Below, piece by piece: positions 38,034 through 47,128 of a stretch of 64,000 bases of DNA. The number at the start of each line of letters is the position of its first letter. The stretch's first letter is position 1. The DNA is taken from contig SCTI01000001.1 in assembly GCA_004297735.1 (NCBI GenBank), positions 190,435 to 254,434 of the forward strand, in the 5' to 3' direction. The position numbers were made by a program, and so were the translations under genes. The notes beneath the pieces are model-generated. The model ran no database searches, was not told the origin of the DNA, and saw nothing but the letters and a program-made list of their open reading frames with translations. Source of the stretch: Patescibacteria group bacterium. GTDB taxonomy: Bacteria; Patescibacteriota; Saccharimonadia; UBA4664; SCTI01.

Positions 38034-38901
38034 GCAGTACGACATTTTGGGCGTTACAACCGATAGTCTCACCATGCGACAAGCGGTTGAGTTAATATCC
38101 GCTCGCGCCAAACAGAATGGTGCTTGTTATGTAACCAAACCATATGTTGAGTTTTACGACGCCGCTTCCGGTGACCCAAAAATACGCGCTGTACTCAACC
38201 AGAGCTACCTTTGCCTACCGGATGGCGTGTCGACCCAATGGGCCGCCCAGTATCTATACGGGGGTAAGCGCTGGTGGGGCAGGGCGCTGTGGCTGGCCGC
38301 GAGCATCATGTTGCGCCCTGCTGCTATCCGCAAATTGATCCCAGAAAGGTTTAGCGGCGCAACCTTTACCTGGAAGCTGCTGCAAAACTGCGATCAGCAA
38401 AAGTTAAGCGTGTACCTGATAGGCAGTCCCAAGAACGGCTCAATTGCCACTACCACGGCAGCTATTTTGCAGCAGCTACCAGGCTTAAAAATTGTTGGTA
38501 CTCGCCCAGGGGAGTTAGGCGGCTTACGCGGTCATGCGCTCTTGCAGGCGCTTGAAAGCGATCAGGCGGTTCTTAATGAGCTAACCACCGAGCTTAAGCA
38601 AAAGCAGCCTGACGTTATTCTGGTTGGACTAGGGTTTCCCCTACAAGAGCTGGTCATATCTAGGCTAGCTAATGAGCTACAGCGCGGTGTCTTGATCGGC
38701 GAGGGTGGCACCTTTGATTACGACAGTTTTGGTGGCATCCGCAAGCGAGCCCCTAAATGGTGGCGAAAGATTGGCCTAGAGTGGCTTTGGAGACTGCTGC
38801 TGGAACCCAGTCGGCTGGAGCGGCAGCGAGCGATTCCACGGTTTATGTGGCGAGTCTACCAACAGGGACGTCGCCTTAACCAAGCCAAGCGTAACGCTTA
38901 A
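38023..38901 (+). CDS. WecB/TagA/CpsF family glycosyltransferase
   Basis: N-terminus MSAKQYDILGVTTDSLTMRQAVELI is the typical family start. The six-frame ORF begins at 37978. Confidence 0.7.
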   Translation: MSAKQYDILGVTTDSLTMRQAVELISARAKQNGACYVTKPYVEFYDAASGDPKIRAVLNQSYLCLPDGVSTQWAAQYLYGGKRWWGRALWLAASIMLRPAAIRKLIPERFSGATFTWKLLQNCDQQKLSVYLIGSPKNGSIATTTAAILQQLPGLKIVGTRPGELGGLRGHALLQALESDQAVLNELTTELKQKQPDVILVGLGFPLQELVISRLANELQRGVLIGEGGTFDYDSFGGIRKRAPKWWRKIGLEWLWRLLLEPSRLERQRAIPRFMWRVYQQGRRLNQAKRNA

Positions 38902-38946
38902 GCCTAGTCAGGCAACCATTAATGTTGTACCATAAGCATAATAAAG

Positions 38947-40125
38947 GTGACCTTGCACTCGATGGAATGTTCAAACTGTCATAAGAATGGGTTTGTGATT
39001 ATTGGCAACAAGCGATACTGCAGCAACTGCGGTACGAGACTTGACGCTCAGTCGGCTGCCCCTCGGGCTATGTCCGACATCAAACCGTCCGGCCCCCGAC
39101 CAGCCCCGGTAGCCGCCACTCAGCTTCACGGCCAGCAAGTTGGGGCGGCCAAGCCTGGGGTGCTTGACCTACGCTCAGGCTCACCAGCGGCTCCAAGCAA
39201 CAGTGAGGCAAAAGCGGCCACACCGATCGTCGCCTCAAAAACCCCCGTGGCGCCCAAGCCAGTTCAACCACCCAAGCCGCCGCAGGGCCCAGCGGTACCG
39301 CCACCACCAGCAGTGGTAGCCCCTACCGGTGTAAACGCCGTTACCGCCGCAACCGCTTTGGCTCCGACAGCCATTACCGCCCCAGCTCCAGAAGCACCGG
39401 CCCAACCAGCCTTAGCAGCAGTGCCAATGACACCTCAACCAAGTGCGGCCAGCCAAACCCACCCATTGGTTAAGCGCTTCCCATCGCACCCAGCGGTACA
39501 AGCCAAATCAGCCAGTGCCAGCGAGCCTCTAGTACCAAACTCGGTGGTAGCCCCGGCAGCGGCTAATCCAGCCGCCGAAGCAGCCCCTGTGCCAACCTCG
39601 CCGGCCCTTGAGCAAGCACTACACAATGCCGCCGACACAACCCTTGCTAGTCCAAGCCCCTCTAACAAGCCGCTACCCGGGCTTGCCAGCGCTGCCGCCG
39701 CGGTTGCTGCTATCGCCATTATCGGCGGTTTAATCTGGATGCAAAACTCGCCTAAGCTAGCTTTTCGCTCAGCGGCGACTCAAGCCGGCGTACAAGCCAG
39801 TCTGCCAACCTATGTGCCATCAAGCTACCGCCAGGTTGGACCGGCTGCCGTAGCGCCCGGCCAGCTCACGCTCACATTCCAGTCCACCAACAAGGATAGT
39901 GAGATGCAAATCATCCAGCGGCGCACCGCCTGGGATTCTAACTCGCTACGCGAAAACTTTGTTGGGCGCCAAAGCGACCAGTATTTAGCGGTTCAAGGCC
40001 AAGGTCTAACCATCTACTTGTTTGGCGATCGAGCCAGCTGGGTTAACCATGGCGTATGGTATACCGTAGAGGGCACCTCGCGATTGAGCCAAGAACAAGT
40101 CCTTAAAATTGCCTACGGACTATGA
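38947..40125 (+). CDS. Zinc-ribbon, Pro/Ala-rich, single-TM membrane protein (hypothetical)
   Basis: 392 aa. N-terminal CSNCHK...CSNCG ribbon, long PA-rich low-complexity region, TM AAVAAIAIIGGLIW, C-terminal globular domain. Confidence 0.45.
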   Translation: MTLHSMECSNCHKNGFVIIGNKRYCSNCGTRLDAQSAAPRAMSDIKPSGPRPAPVAATQLHGQQVGAAKPGVLDLRSGSPAAPSNSEAKAATPIVASKTPVAPKPVQPPKPPQGPAVPPPPAVVAPTGVNAVTAATALAPTAITAPAPEAPAQPALAAVPMTPQPSAASQTHPLVKRFPSHPAVQAKSASASEPLVPNSVVAPAAANPAAEAAPVPTSPALEQALHNAADTTLASPSPSNKPLPGLASAAAAVAAIAIIGGLIWMQNSPKLAFRSAATQAGVQASLPTYVPSSYRQVGPAAVAPGQLTLTFQSTNKDSEMQIIQRRTAWDSNSLRENFVGRQSDQYLAVQGQGLTIYLFGDRASWVNHGVWYTVEGTSRLSQEQVLKIAYGL

Positions 40126-40457
40126 CCGACTCGGCTTGGGAACGCCTTACCGAAGCCATCGATATCAAACTGGGGTTTGACCGCCACGGCCGCGAAGCTC
40201 GACCGCTAGAGGACCGGCCAGATCTAACCGCACAGGTCGAGTTCTTTGAGTTTGTTAAAGATGGCCAAACTCTCCGCCTTGAACGTCACACCGGCCCAGC
40301 CATTATCGATCGTAAGTCGCACTACAGCCATCGCGGCGGCACCGCCAACCGCATTGAGACCATTTACAATGAGCGCGAAATCGCCCACACCGTGCATCTT
40401 TTACGCAAAGAGGGTAATGACTGGGTCGCCGTAGATCTGAATGAGCTTGGACTGTAG
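40122..40457 (+). CDS. Hypothetical protein
   Basis: 111-aa ORF translationally coupled to the upstream gene (ATGA overlap). Confidence 0.4.
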   Translation: MTDSAWERLTEAIDIKLGFDRHGREARPLEDRPDLTAQVEFFEFVKDGQTLRLERHTGPAIIDRKSHYSHRGGTANRIETIYNEREIAHTVHLLRKEGNDWVAVDLNELGL

Positions 40458-40493
40458 TTGCCGACACCGGCAAATATCAGGTAAGCTAAGGGT

Positions 40494-41915
40494 ATGAAGC
40501 AACCCATCCGCGTCCGTTTTGCCCCTAGCCCAACCGGATACCTACACATTGGCAACCTGCGCAGCGCTCTATTTAGTTATTTGTATGCCCGCCATACTAA
40601 TGGCAAATTTATTTTGCGGATTGAAGATACCGACCGCGAGCGTTTGGTCCCCGAGGCGCTTGACTACATATATGAAACGTTTGAGTGGATGGGCCTTGAA
40701 ACCGATGAAAGTCCCAAAAATCCCAACTCAAAATATGCGCCCTATATTCAGTCGGAGCGCCTGCAGCAGTTCCAGGATTTTGCCAATCAGCTGGTTGAGG
40801 AGGGTAAGGCTTACCGTGACTACACCTCGGCCGAACAACTAGAAAAGCTACGCCAAGAGGCTCAGGCCGCCAAGCAGCCGTTCCGCTTTACTAAGGCGAT
40901 GGCCAAGCTCAACCCCGATAATCCCGATGACCCGTACGTGATTCGCTTTTTGGTCCAAGATGGCCCCAAAGTGACTTGGTCCGATGCGGTCTGGGGCGAT
41001 CAGAGTTGGGACCGTTCGGTTCTGGATGATTTTGTGGCCATTAAGTCCGATGGCTTCCCAACCTACAACTTTGCCGTGGTGGTTGATGATAACGCCATGG
41101 ATATTACCCACGTTTTTAGAGGTTCGGAGTTTATTTCGACCACACCTAAAAACCTACTGATATATGATGCCTTTGGGTGGAAGCCGCCGGTCTACGCTCA
41201 TCTGCCCCAAGTTTTAGGCCAGGACAAGGCAAAACTAAGTAAGCGTCATGGCGCTAAGTCGGCCCTGGAATATCGTGATGCCGGCTATCTGCCCGAAGCC
41301 ATATTTAACTACTTAGCCAGCCTCGGCTTTAACGACGGCACAACCAAGGAGTTTTACACCAAAGCAGAACTAATCAAGGTGTTTGCCACCAATCGAATCC
41401 AGTCCAGCCCGGCCGTTTTTGACCCAGAACGACTCGACTGGATGAATGGTCACTATGCCCGCCAGCTGTCGCTAGAAGAGCTTTACCGGCGCAGCGAGAA
41501 CTTTTGGCCCGAATCAGCCCAAGCAGCAGATGCAGCCTATAAAAAACAGGTGCTGGGGCTGGTCCAAGAGCGACTTAAGTTTTTGGCTGAATTGCCCGGA
41601 CTCACCGAATTCTTTTTTACGGAACCGGCCGTCGATAAGCGTTTAATTACCAAACAATTAGCGGACGATCAGGTTAAGGACTTGTTGCCAAAGATTATTA
41701 ACTTACTTGAAGCCAGCGATTTTAGCGAAGCAGATCTCGAAAAGAAGTTGCGCGGTTTGGTTGGAGGAGAGGGTCTTAAAACCGGTCATTTGTTTGGCTT
41801 GATTCGAGCCGCGGTAACCGGCCAATCGGCTTCACCCGGGCTGTTTGAAACTTTGCATGTTATCGGAAAAGAGCGCTCTCTTAAGCGATTAAACTATTTT
41901 CTTTCGCATTGTTAA
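40494..41915 (+). CDS. gltX: Glutamate--tRNA ligase
   Basis: 473 aa. PSPTGYLHIGN (HIGH) and KLSKRHG (KMSKS) motifs. Confidence 0.9.
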   Translation: MKQPIRVRFAPSPTGYLHIGNLRSALFSYLYARHTNGKFILRIEDTDRERLVPEALDYIYETFEWMGLETDESPKNPNSKYAPYIQSERLQQFQDFANQLVEEGKAYRDYTSAEQLEKLRQEAQAAKQPFRFTKAMAKLNPDNPDDPYVIRFLVQDGPKVTWSDAVWGDQSWDRSVLDDFVAIKSDGFPTYNFAVVVDDNAMDITHVFRGSEFISTTPKNLLIYDAFGWKPPVYAHLPQVLGQDKAKLSKRHGAKSALEYRDAGYLPEAIFNYLASLGFNDGTTKEFYTKAELIKVFATNRIQSSPAVFDPERLDWMNGHYARQLSLEELYRRSENFWPESAQAADAAYKKQVLGLVQERLKFLAELPGLTEFFFTEPAVDKRLITKQLADDQVKDLLPKIINLLEASDFSEADLEKKLRGLVGGEGLKTGHLFGLIRAAVTGQSASPGLFETLHVIGKERSLKRLNYFLSHC

Positions 41916-41977
41916 TAATTATTTAATCTTGGTTTGCTAGGCTAAAATCAACCATAAAACATAAAGAGGGGAGAGGC

Positions 41978-42376
41978 GTGGCACAGACCGAAATTAGCAC
42001 ACAACATAAAATTTTAGAGGTAGTTGAAGCCATACAGCTCAGGCTCGGCTCGGTGGAAGGTAGACTTGATTCTATCGAAGGGCGCATGGGCTCAATCGAA
42101 GGTCGCATGGAGACCTTCGCCACCAAAGATGATCTGAGGGATGAAATTAAGCAGGTTGAGGCTTACGTCGACCATGTGGCTGACAAAATTTTTCAACGAC
42201 TGGATATTACCGAGCTCAACATCCGTACAGATATGAGCGCCATGATAACGAAAGCTGTCGGCGAGGTACGCATCAATACCAATTATGAACTTGGGCGCCT
42301 CGAGTCGTTGATCATGAGTGTGCGAGACGAGCTCAAGGCCGACATTGCTGCGACCCGGCCGCTTACCCAAGCGTAA
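41978..42376 (+). CDS. Coiled-coil repeat protein, paralog of 31624..31956
   Basis: 132 aa. GTG start preceded by aggggagagg. Repeats VEGRLDSIEGRMGSIEGRM. Confidence 0.5.
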   Translation: MAQTEISTQHKILEVVEAIQLRLGSVEGRLDSIEGRMGSIEGRMETFATKDDLRDEIKQVEAYVDHVADKIFQRLDITELNIRTDMSAMITKAVGEVRINTNYELGRLESLIMSVRDELKADIAATRPLTQA

Positions 42377-42397
42377 GCTTTTTGCTACAATGAGGGT

Positions 42398-43597
42398 ATG
42401 AGTAAAGCTCCTCAACCAGCTAAAAAAACTCCTCCTGAATCCGATATCGACTCAGTTATTGATGAGTCATCGATTCAAGTTGACGATGGCACCCCGGTGG
42501 TTGATGACCTAAAGATGCCGGAAGAGGCCCACCCAAGCCGCTGGACCCGTTTTAAGCGCTTTATATCGACCCACCGAACCCGAACAATCTTAATTGTGGG
42601 CCTACTTTTAATACTGCCAACCGCGGCTTGGGCTTACTACGTAGTAACTCACCCCACGCCAATAAAAGAGGCCCAGCTACTGCCACGGCCAGAGAAACCA
42701 AAAACTAAGGCCTCGCCGCTTACCGGTGTACAGATTGCCCCCGAGCTGGCCGACCGACCGATTCTGGGTGTAGTGATAGAGAATCACCCAGATGCCAGAC
42801 CGCAGTCAGGCTTGAGCCAGGCTGGCGTGGTTTACGAAGCCTTAGCCGAAGGTGGCATCACTCGATTCTTAGCTTTCTTTTTAGACGAGCGCCCTGCCAA
42901 TATTGGCCCAGTGCGGTCGCTTCGAACCTACTTTGTTGACTGGGGGCTGGAGTTTAACTCACCGGTAGCCCATGTTGGCGGCAATGCCGCAGCGCTTGAC
43001 CTAGTTGGCCCAACCGGCCTTAAAGACATAAACCAGTTTTACAACGGTAACAGCTTCTTCCGTACTAGCGACCGTATCGCGCCACACAACGCTTACACCA
43101 ACAGCAACTTGATGGATGCACTGCTAAAAAAGAATGGCTGGGACAAGCCGGCCGAGTTTAAGGTATCGCCACGCCAAAACGATGCTCCTGCCAAGAGCCC
43201 TTTACACCCAATCATCGGCATCAATTACTCCTATGCCGACTTCCAGGTTGAATATCGCTACGATGCCGCCTGTAACTGCTACAATCGCTTTTTAGCGGGT
43301 AAGCCTCACGTTGACCGTAATACCGGCCAGCAGATAAAGGTTAAAAATGTGGTGGTTGAATATATGCCTACCAGCTACGGCAAGTCAAGGATTGGCGAGC
43401 AGATGACGATCATGGCCACCCCAGGTAGTGGACGGGCAGTTGTGTTCCGTGATGGAGAGGCGATAGAAGGTAACTGGAGCAAGTCTCAGCACCAGGATCG
43501 AACCAAACTTACCGATGCGGCTGGCAAGGAGATCCCTCTCAACCGCGGGAATACCTGGTATCCAATCGTACCGACCGACAAGACGGTAAGTTACTAA
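42398..43597 (+). CDS. DUF3048 (YerB-like) domain protein, membrane-anchored
   Basis: 399 aa. N-terminal TM. Block VVIENHPDARPQSGLSQAGVVYEALAEGGITRFLAFF resembles the DUF3048 core (from memory). Confidence 0.55.
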   Translation: MSKAPQPAKKTPPESDIDSVIDESSIQVDDGTPVVDDLKMPEEAHPSRWTRFKRFISTHRTRTILIVGLLLILPTAAWAYYVVTHPTPIKEAQLLPRPEKPKTKASPLTGVQIAPELADRPILGVVIENHPDARPQSGLSQAGVVYEALAEGGITRFLAFFLDERPANIGPVRSLRTYFVDWGLEFNSPVAHVGGNAAALDLVGPTGLKDINQFYNGNSFFRTSDRIAPHNAYTNSNLMDALLKKNGWDKPAEFKVSPRQNDAPAKSPLHPIIGINYSYADFQVEYRYDAACNCYNRFLAGKPHVDRNTGQQIKVKNVVVEYMPTSYGKSRIGEQMTIMATPGSGRAVVFRDGEAIEGNWSKSQHQDRTKLTDAAGKEIPLNRGNTWYPIVPTDKTVSY

Positions 43598-43663
43598 GAT
43601 AATGCCGAGGTCACCGGTACCTGGTGACCTCACGTTGCTAAAAACCTAAAGCGTTAGCTAAAA

Positions 43664-44284
43664 CTAGCGACAGGTGTTTGGCCACGGGCTACAACCACGA
43701 CGGGCGTACAGCATCTGTGCGCGCATGTCCTGTTCGGCCGGCGAGGCGTTTGAAGGCAGGCCGCTGCCGCCAACGCTCTGCCAGGTGCCCTGGCTAAACT
43801 GATAGGCGCCATAGTAACCGTTGCCGGTGTTGGTGGCGTAGTTACCACCTGACTCTCTTGCCCGTATCCGAGCAAACAGATCACCGCTGGCGGCTGAACT
43901 GACGGCTGGAGCGGCTGGAGCAACCTTGCGGGTCTGAACCGGCTTAGCCGCCGCTACCGGCTGCTGTGCTACCTGAGGAGCCGGAGCCGCTACTGGGGCG
44001 CCATAGCCCGCGGGCAGCGCTCGCTCAGGAACCGGAGTGGTTGGCACGGTTATTTCTTGCCCAACATTGAGTTGGTCGGGGTTTTGGAGCTGCAAGTTTG
44101 CATCCCAGAGTACCTTCCACGAAGGCAATGTGTTTGCGGTCGCGATGGACGAAAGTGATTCGCCCGCCACGACTACGTGTTTCTTAGGTTGGTCTTCGGC
44201 TTTACCCTCGGCGGCATGTGCACTCCCGCTGGCAATAACCGTTCCCGCCGCTATTGCTAGCAGCATGATCGCTATTTTACGCAT
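43664..44284 (-). CDS. LysM plus transglycosylase-like (Rpf/IsaA-type) secreted protein
   Basis: 206 aa. Signal peptide, LysM (HVVVAGESLSSIA...VGQEITVP), C-terminal GGNYATNTGNGYYGAYQFSQGTWQ block. Confidence 0.65.
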   Translation of the reverse strand: MRKIAIMLLAIAAGTVIASGSAHAAEGKAEDQPKKHVVVAGESLSSIATANTLPSWKVLWDANLQLQNPDQLNVGQEITVPTTPVPERALPAGYGAPVAAPAPQVAQQPVAAAKPVQTRKVAPAAPAVSSAASGDLFARIRARESGGNYATNTGNGYYGAYQFSQGTWQSVGGSGLPSNASPAEQDMRAQMLYARRGCSPWPNTCR

Positions 44285-44487
44285 GTTTCTCCTTTGCTTT
44301 GCTTAACAACGCATCGCTATGCCGGCCGTTTGGTACCAGTAAACCCACCTCACAGTGACGCGAGACTGTAAATTACCAAAGCTGTAAAAATCGGTCAATA
44401 GTTCAAAGTTACAAAAATATGACACAATTGACAGCCTTAGCTACCCACCAACAGGAGCCGAATCAAACTTGCTATAATGGATTCTAT

Positions 44488-45414
44488 ATGTGGAAAACTT
44501 TTCGGCGTAAGCGCATTAACTTGGTGCTTGAGAGTGGCGGGGTGAAGGTCATTGGGGAGCTTGGTGCTATTCAGGTTTTACAAGACAGCGGTTACCGTTT
44601 TAAAAGGATTTCCGGTACCTCGGGTGGCGCCATTATCGGCGCCCTACTAGCAGCCGGCATGACACCGGAGCGAGCGATACAAAGACTTAAAGAGCTCGAC
44701 ATTACCGAGTTTGCGCAAACCATTGCGGCTGAAAATGCTCGTTCTTGGATTAATGCTGGCTTAGTCGTGATTCGTCAGCGCTGGGTTGACGACGGCAGTC
44801 GGCTGGAGGCATGGCTACAAGAGGAACTTGGCCAGCTTGGCGTACACAGCTTTGCCGATCTTAAGATTCCACGATGGAGAAGCCGACACATTGCGCCGCA
44901 CAAGCGCTACCAGCTAGTGGTTAACACCACCGATCTAAAAAGCGGCGAGACCATTCGCTTACCGTGGGATTACCACAAGCTGGGCCTCAACCCCGACACC
45001 CAATCGGTTGCCCGGGCCGTCCGAGCCTCGGCTTCTATTCCGTTTTTATATCAGCCGGTTCAACTTGGCGATCGACAACTTATTGACGGGGCGATTACCT
45101 CCCCATACCCGATTGAGCTGTTTGATGACGACACCAGCCGCAACACTTTGGGTGTGGTGGTGACCGGCATCAAAAAGGCCGACAAGGTCAGGGGCAGCAG
45201 TGAACACCCCATCAACTTGGCTCGAGCTTTACTGCGAATTCAGCGAGAGCGGATTGAGCGGGTAAGTGAAAATGATCAGGCGAACCTGAGTCGAACCATT
45301 CAGATTGATACGCGCTCAATATCCGACCTACACTTTGCAATTAACCGCGATGAGCAGGTTGAGCTGATATATCAAGGGCGCAAAGCCGCCGAACAGTACG
45401 TGAGGTCGCATTAG
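44488..45414 (+). CDS. Patatin-like phospholipase
   Basis: Oxyanion LVLESGGVKVIG and nucleophile GTSGGAI (G-x-S-x-G), catalytic DGA/DGG. TATAAT at 44473-44478 upstream. The six-frame ORF starts at 44419. Confidence 0.75.
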   Translation: MWKTFRRKRINLVLESGGVKVIGELGAIQVLQDSGYRFKRISGTSGGAIIGALLAAGMTPERAIQRLKELDITEFAQTIAAENARSWINAGLVVIRQRWVDDGSRLEAWLQEELGQLGVHSFADLKIPRWRSRHIAPHKRYQLVVNTTDLKSGETIRLPWDYHKLGLNPDTQSVARAVRASASIPFLYQPVQLGDRQLIDGAITSPYPIELFDDDTSRNTLGVVVTGIKKADKVRGSSEHPINLARALLRIQRERIERVSENDQANLSRTIQIDTRSISDLHFAINRDEQVELIYQGRKAAEQYVRSH

Positions 45415-45416
45415 CC

Positions 45417-46490
45417 ATGGCTCAACTTGATCCCGCCATCATTCCTAGCGGACATGAAGCCTACACTCGAATGCTTAGCGACATCACCGCGGCTAAGCGC
45501 GAGGTTGTCTACGCCAACTTTTGCTTCTTGCCCGGCAAATCATTTAACCGGCTAGCTGATGCTTTAACCACGGCGGCTAAGCGAGGAGTCGAGGTGTACA
45601 TTGTTGCTGACTGGTATGGCTCATCGGCACTAGGAGAGAAGCGGGTGGCCAAGTTGAGAGCCGCCGGAGTTCAGTGGACCTGGTTTAGGCCAAAGCGCTG
45701 GCGCACCATTGCTAGCTACAACCGACGAATGCATAAAAAGCTGCTTATTGTTGACCGGCGGGTGGCCTACACCGGCGGGGTGGGGTGGGCCGATTTTTGG
45801 GAAAGACCAACCGTCGAATACCCAGCCGCCTGGCGCGACACCCACTTTCGCATCACCGATAGCGGCACAATTACCGCCATGTACAACAGCGCCATAGACA
45901 GCTGGAACAAGTTTAGCGGCCACAAACTGACTCCACTTAAAACCGCCCTAACCGGCGCCAAGATACTAAACAGCGTGCCCCCACGGCTTCACCGTTTGTC
46001 GCCGGCAGGTCGCCAGTTTGCAGACTCGCTCGACCTGGCTCGCACCGCAGTTAAAATTACTACCGCTTACTTTGGGCCAAGCCGCTCACTGCGCCAAGCC
46101 CTCATTCGCACCGCCAAGCGTGGCGTTAAGGTTGAGCTACTTTTAAACGGTCCTCATGCCTCGCACGAGATAGCCGCTCAGGCTGGGCGGGCCTACTACG
46201 ACCAGCTTCTAAAAGCCGGCGTTCAAATTTACGAATATCAGCCCACCAAACTGCACGCCAAGCTTATGACGATTGACGGTCGCCAAGCAATCATTGGTTC
46301 GGCTAACTGGAACTTTCGATCGCTGCACCACGATCAAGAGTGCAATTTAACGGTAGCCAGCGCCGACTTTTGCCGCCAACTTGATCGCCAGTTCGAAGCC
46401 GACAAGCGCCAATCAGCCCGAATCACCGAGGTTGATCCAAGCCAAATATGGAAACAGCGATTAAGCTCACTGGGGCGCTACTTCTTCTAG
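45417..46490 (+). CDS. Phospholipase D-family protein (cardiolipin-synthase-like, two HKD motifs)
   Basis: 357 aa. HKD motifs RRMHKKLLIVDRRVAYTGG and LHAKLMTIDGRQAIIGSANWN. Confidence 0.75.
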   Translation: MAQLDPAIIPSGHEAYTRMLSDITAAKREVVYANFCFLPGKSFNRLADALTTAAKRGVEVYIVADWYGSSALGEKRVAKLRAAGVQWTWFRPKRWRTIASYNRRMHKKLLIVDRRVAYTGGVGWADFWERPTVEYPAAWRDTHFRITDSGTITAMYNSAIDSWNKFSGHKLTPLKTALTGAKILNSVPPRLHRLSPAGRQFADSLDLARTAVKITTAYFGPSRSLRQALIRTAKRGVKVELLLNGPHASHEIAAQAGRAYYDQLLKAGVQIYEYQPTKLHAKLMTIDGRQAIIGSANWNFRSLHHDQECNLTVASADFCRQLDRQFEADKRQSARITEVDPSQIWKQRLSSLGRYFF

Positions 46491-46555
46491 ACAAAGCATT
46501 AGCATTTTAAAACAAACTATGTTACAGTAATTCACGTATTAACTCTGCATGGCAG

Positions 46556-47128
46556 ATGCATATAAAAATCCCCAAACATCACCGAACCAAAAAAGCCAAA
46601 ATCGCCTTTTTAAAGCGCTCGGCGGCGGCTAAAAGCCACCATCACCGCAAGCGCCACAAAAAGCTCGCTTTGCAGCACGCCTTTGTGCTGGGTCTGCTTG
46701 GCCTGGTGACCCTAGCCACCACCGGCGTGGTAGCGGCCATGGCCGACAACTTGATCCCGCCCCCCAGCAAGCCAATCGACATGACTCCATATATCGAGGC
46801 CGCCAAAGCCGAACGCGAGGCTCAAAAGGCTCGCAATGCCGCAGTTATTGAGTCGGCACCCGACCAATCCGGTATCGCGTCTTGGTACGCGCTTGGCTTG
46901 CGCGCTCCCGATGCCCTAACCTGCGCTAGCACCAAGTTCCCACGTGGGACTTACCTTAAGGTCAAAAATCTCCGCAATGGAGCCCAGGTAACCTGCTTGG
47001 TCAACGACTACGGCCCACAGCCCGGTACCAAGCGAGTGATCGACCTGTCGCGAGGCAGCTTTACCAAGATTGGCAGCCTTGGTAGCGGTACGCTCCCGGT
47101 AGAGATTCGAGTTGTCCCAGGGCCGTAA
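46556..47128 (+). CDS. RlpA-like double-psi beta-barrel protein
   Basis: 190 aa. Basic N-terminus plus TM. DPBB block IASWYALGLRAPDALTCASTKFPRGTYLKVKNLRNGAQVTCLVNDYGP. Confidence 0.7.
   Translation: MHIKIPKHHRTKKAKIAFLKRSAAAKSHHHRKRHKKLALQHAFVLGLLGLVTLATTGVVAAMADNLIPPPSKPIDMTPYIEAAKAEREAQKARNAAVIESAPDQSGIASWYALGLRAPDALTCASTKFPRGTYLKVKNLRNGAQVTCLVNDYGPQPGTKRVIDLSRGSFTKIGSLGSGTLPVEIRVVPGP

Noticed and set aside
39080-39719. Antisense ORFs 39080..39307 (-) and 39435..39719 (-)
   Set aside because: They are antisense artefacts of the Pro/Ala-rich low-complexity segment of the 38947..40125 gene.
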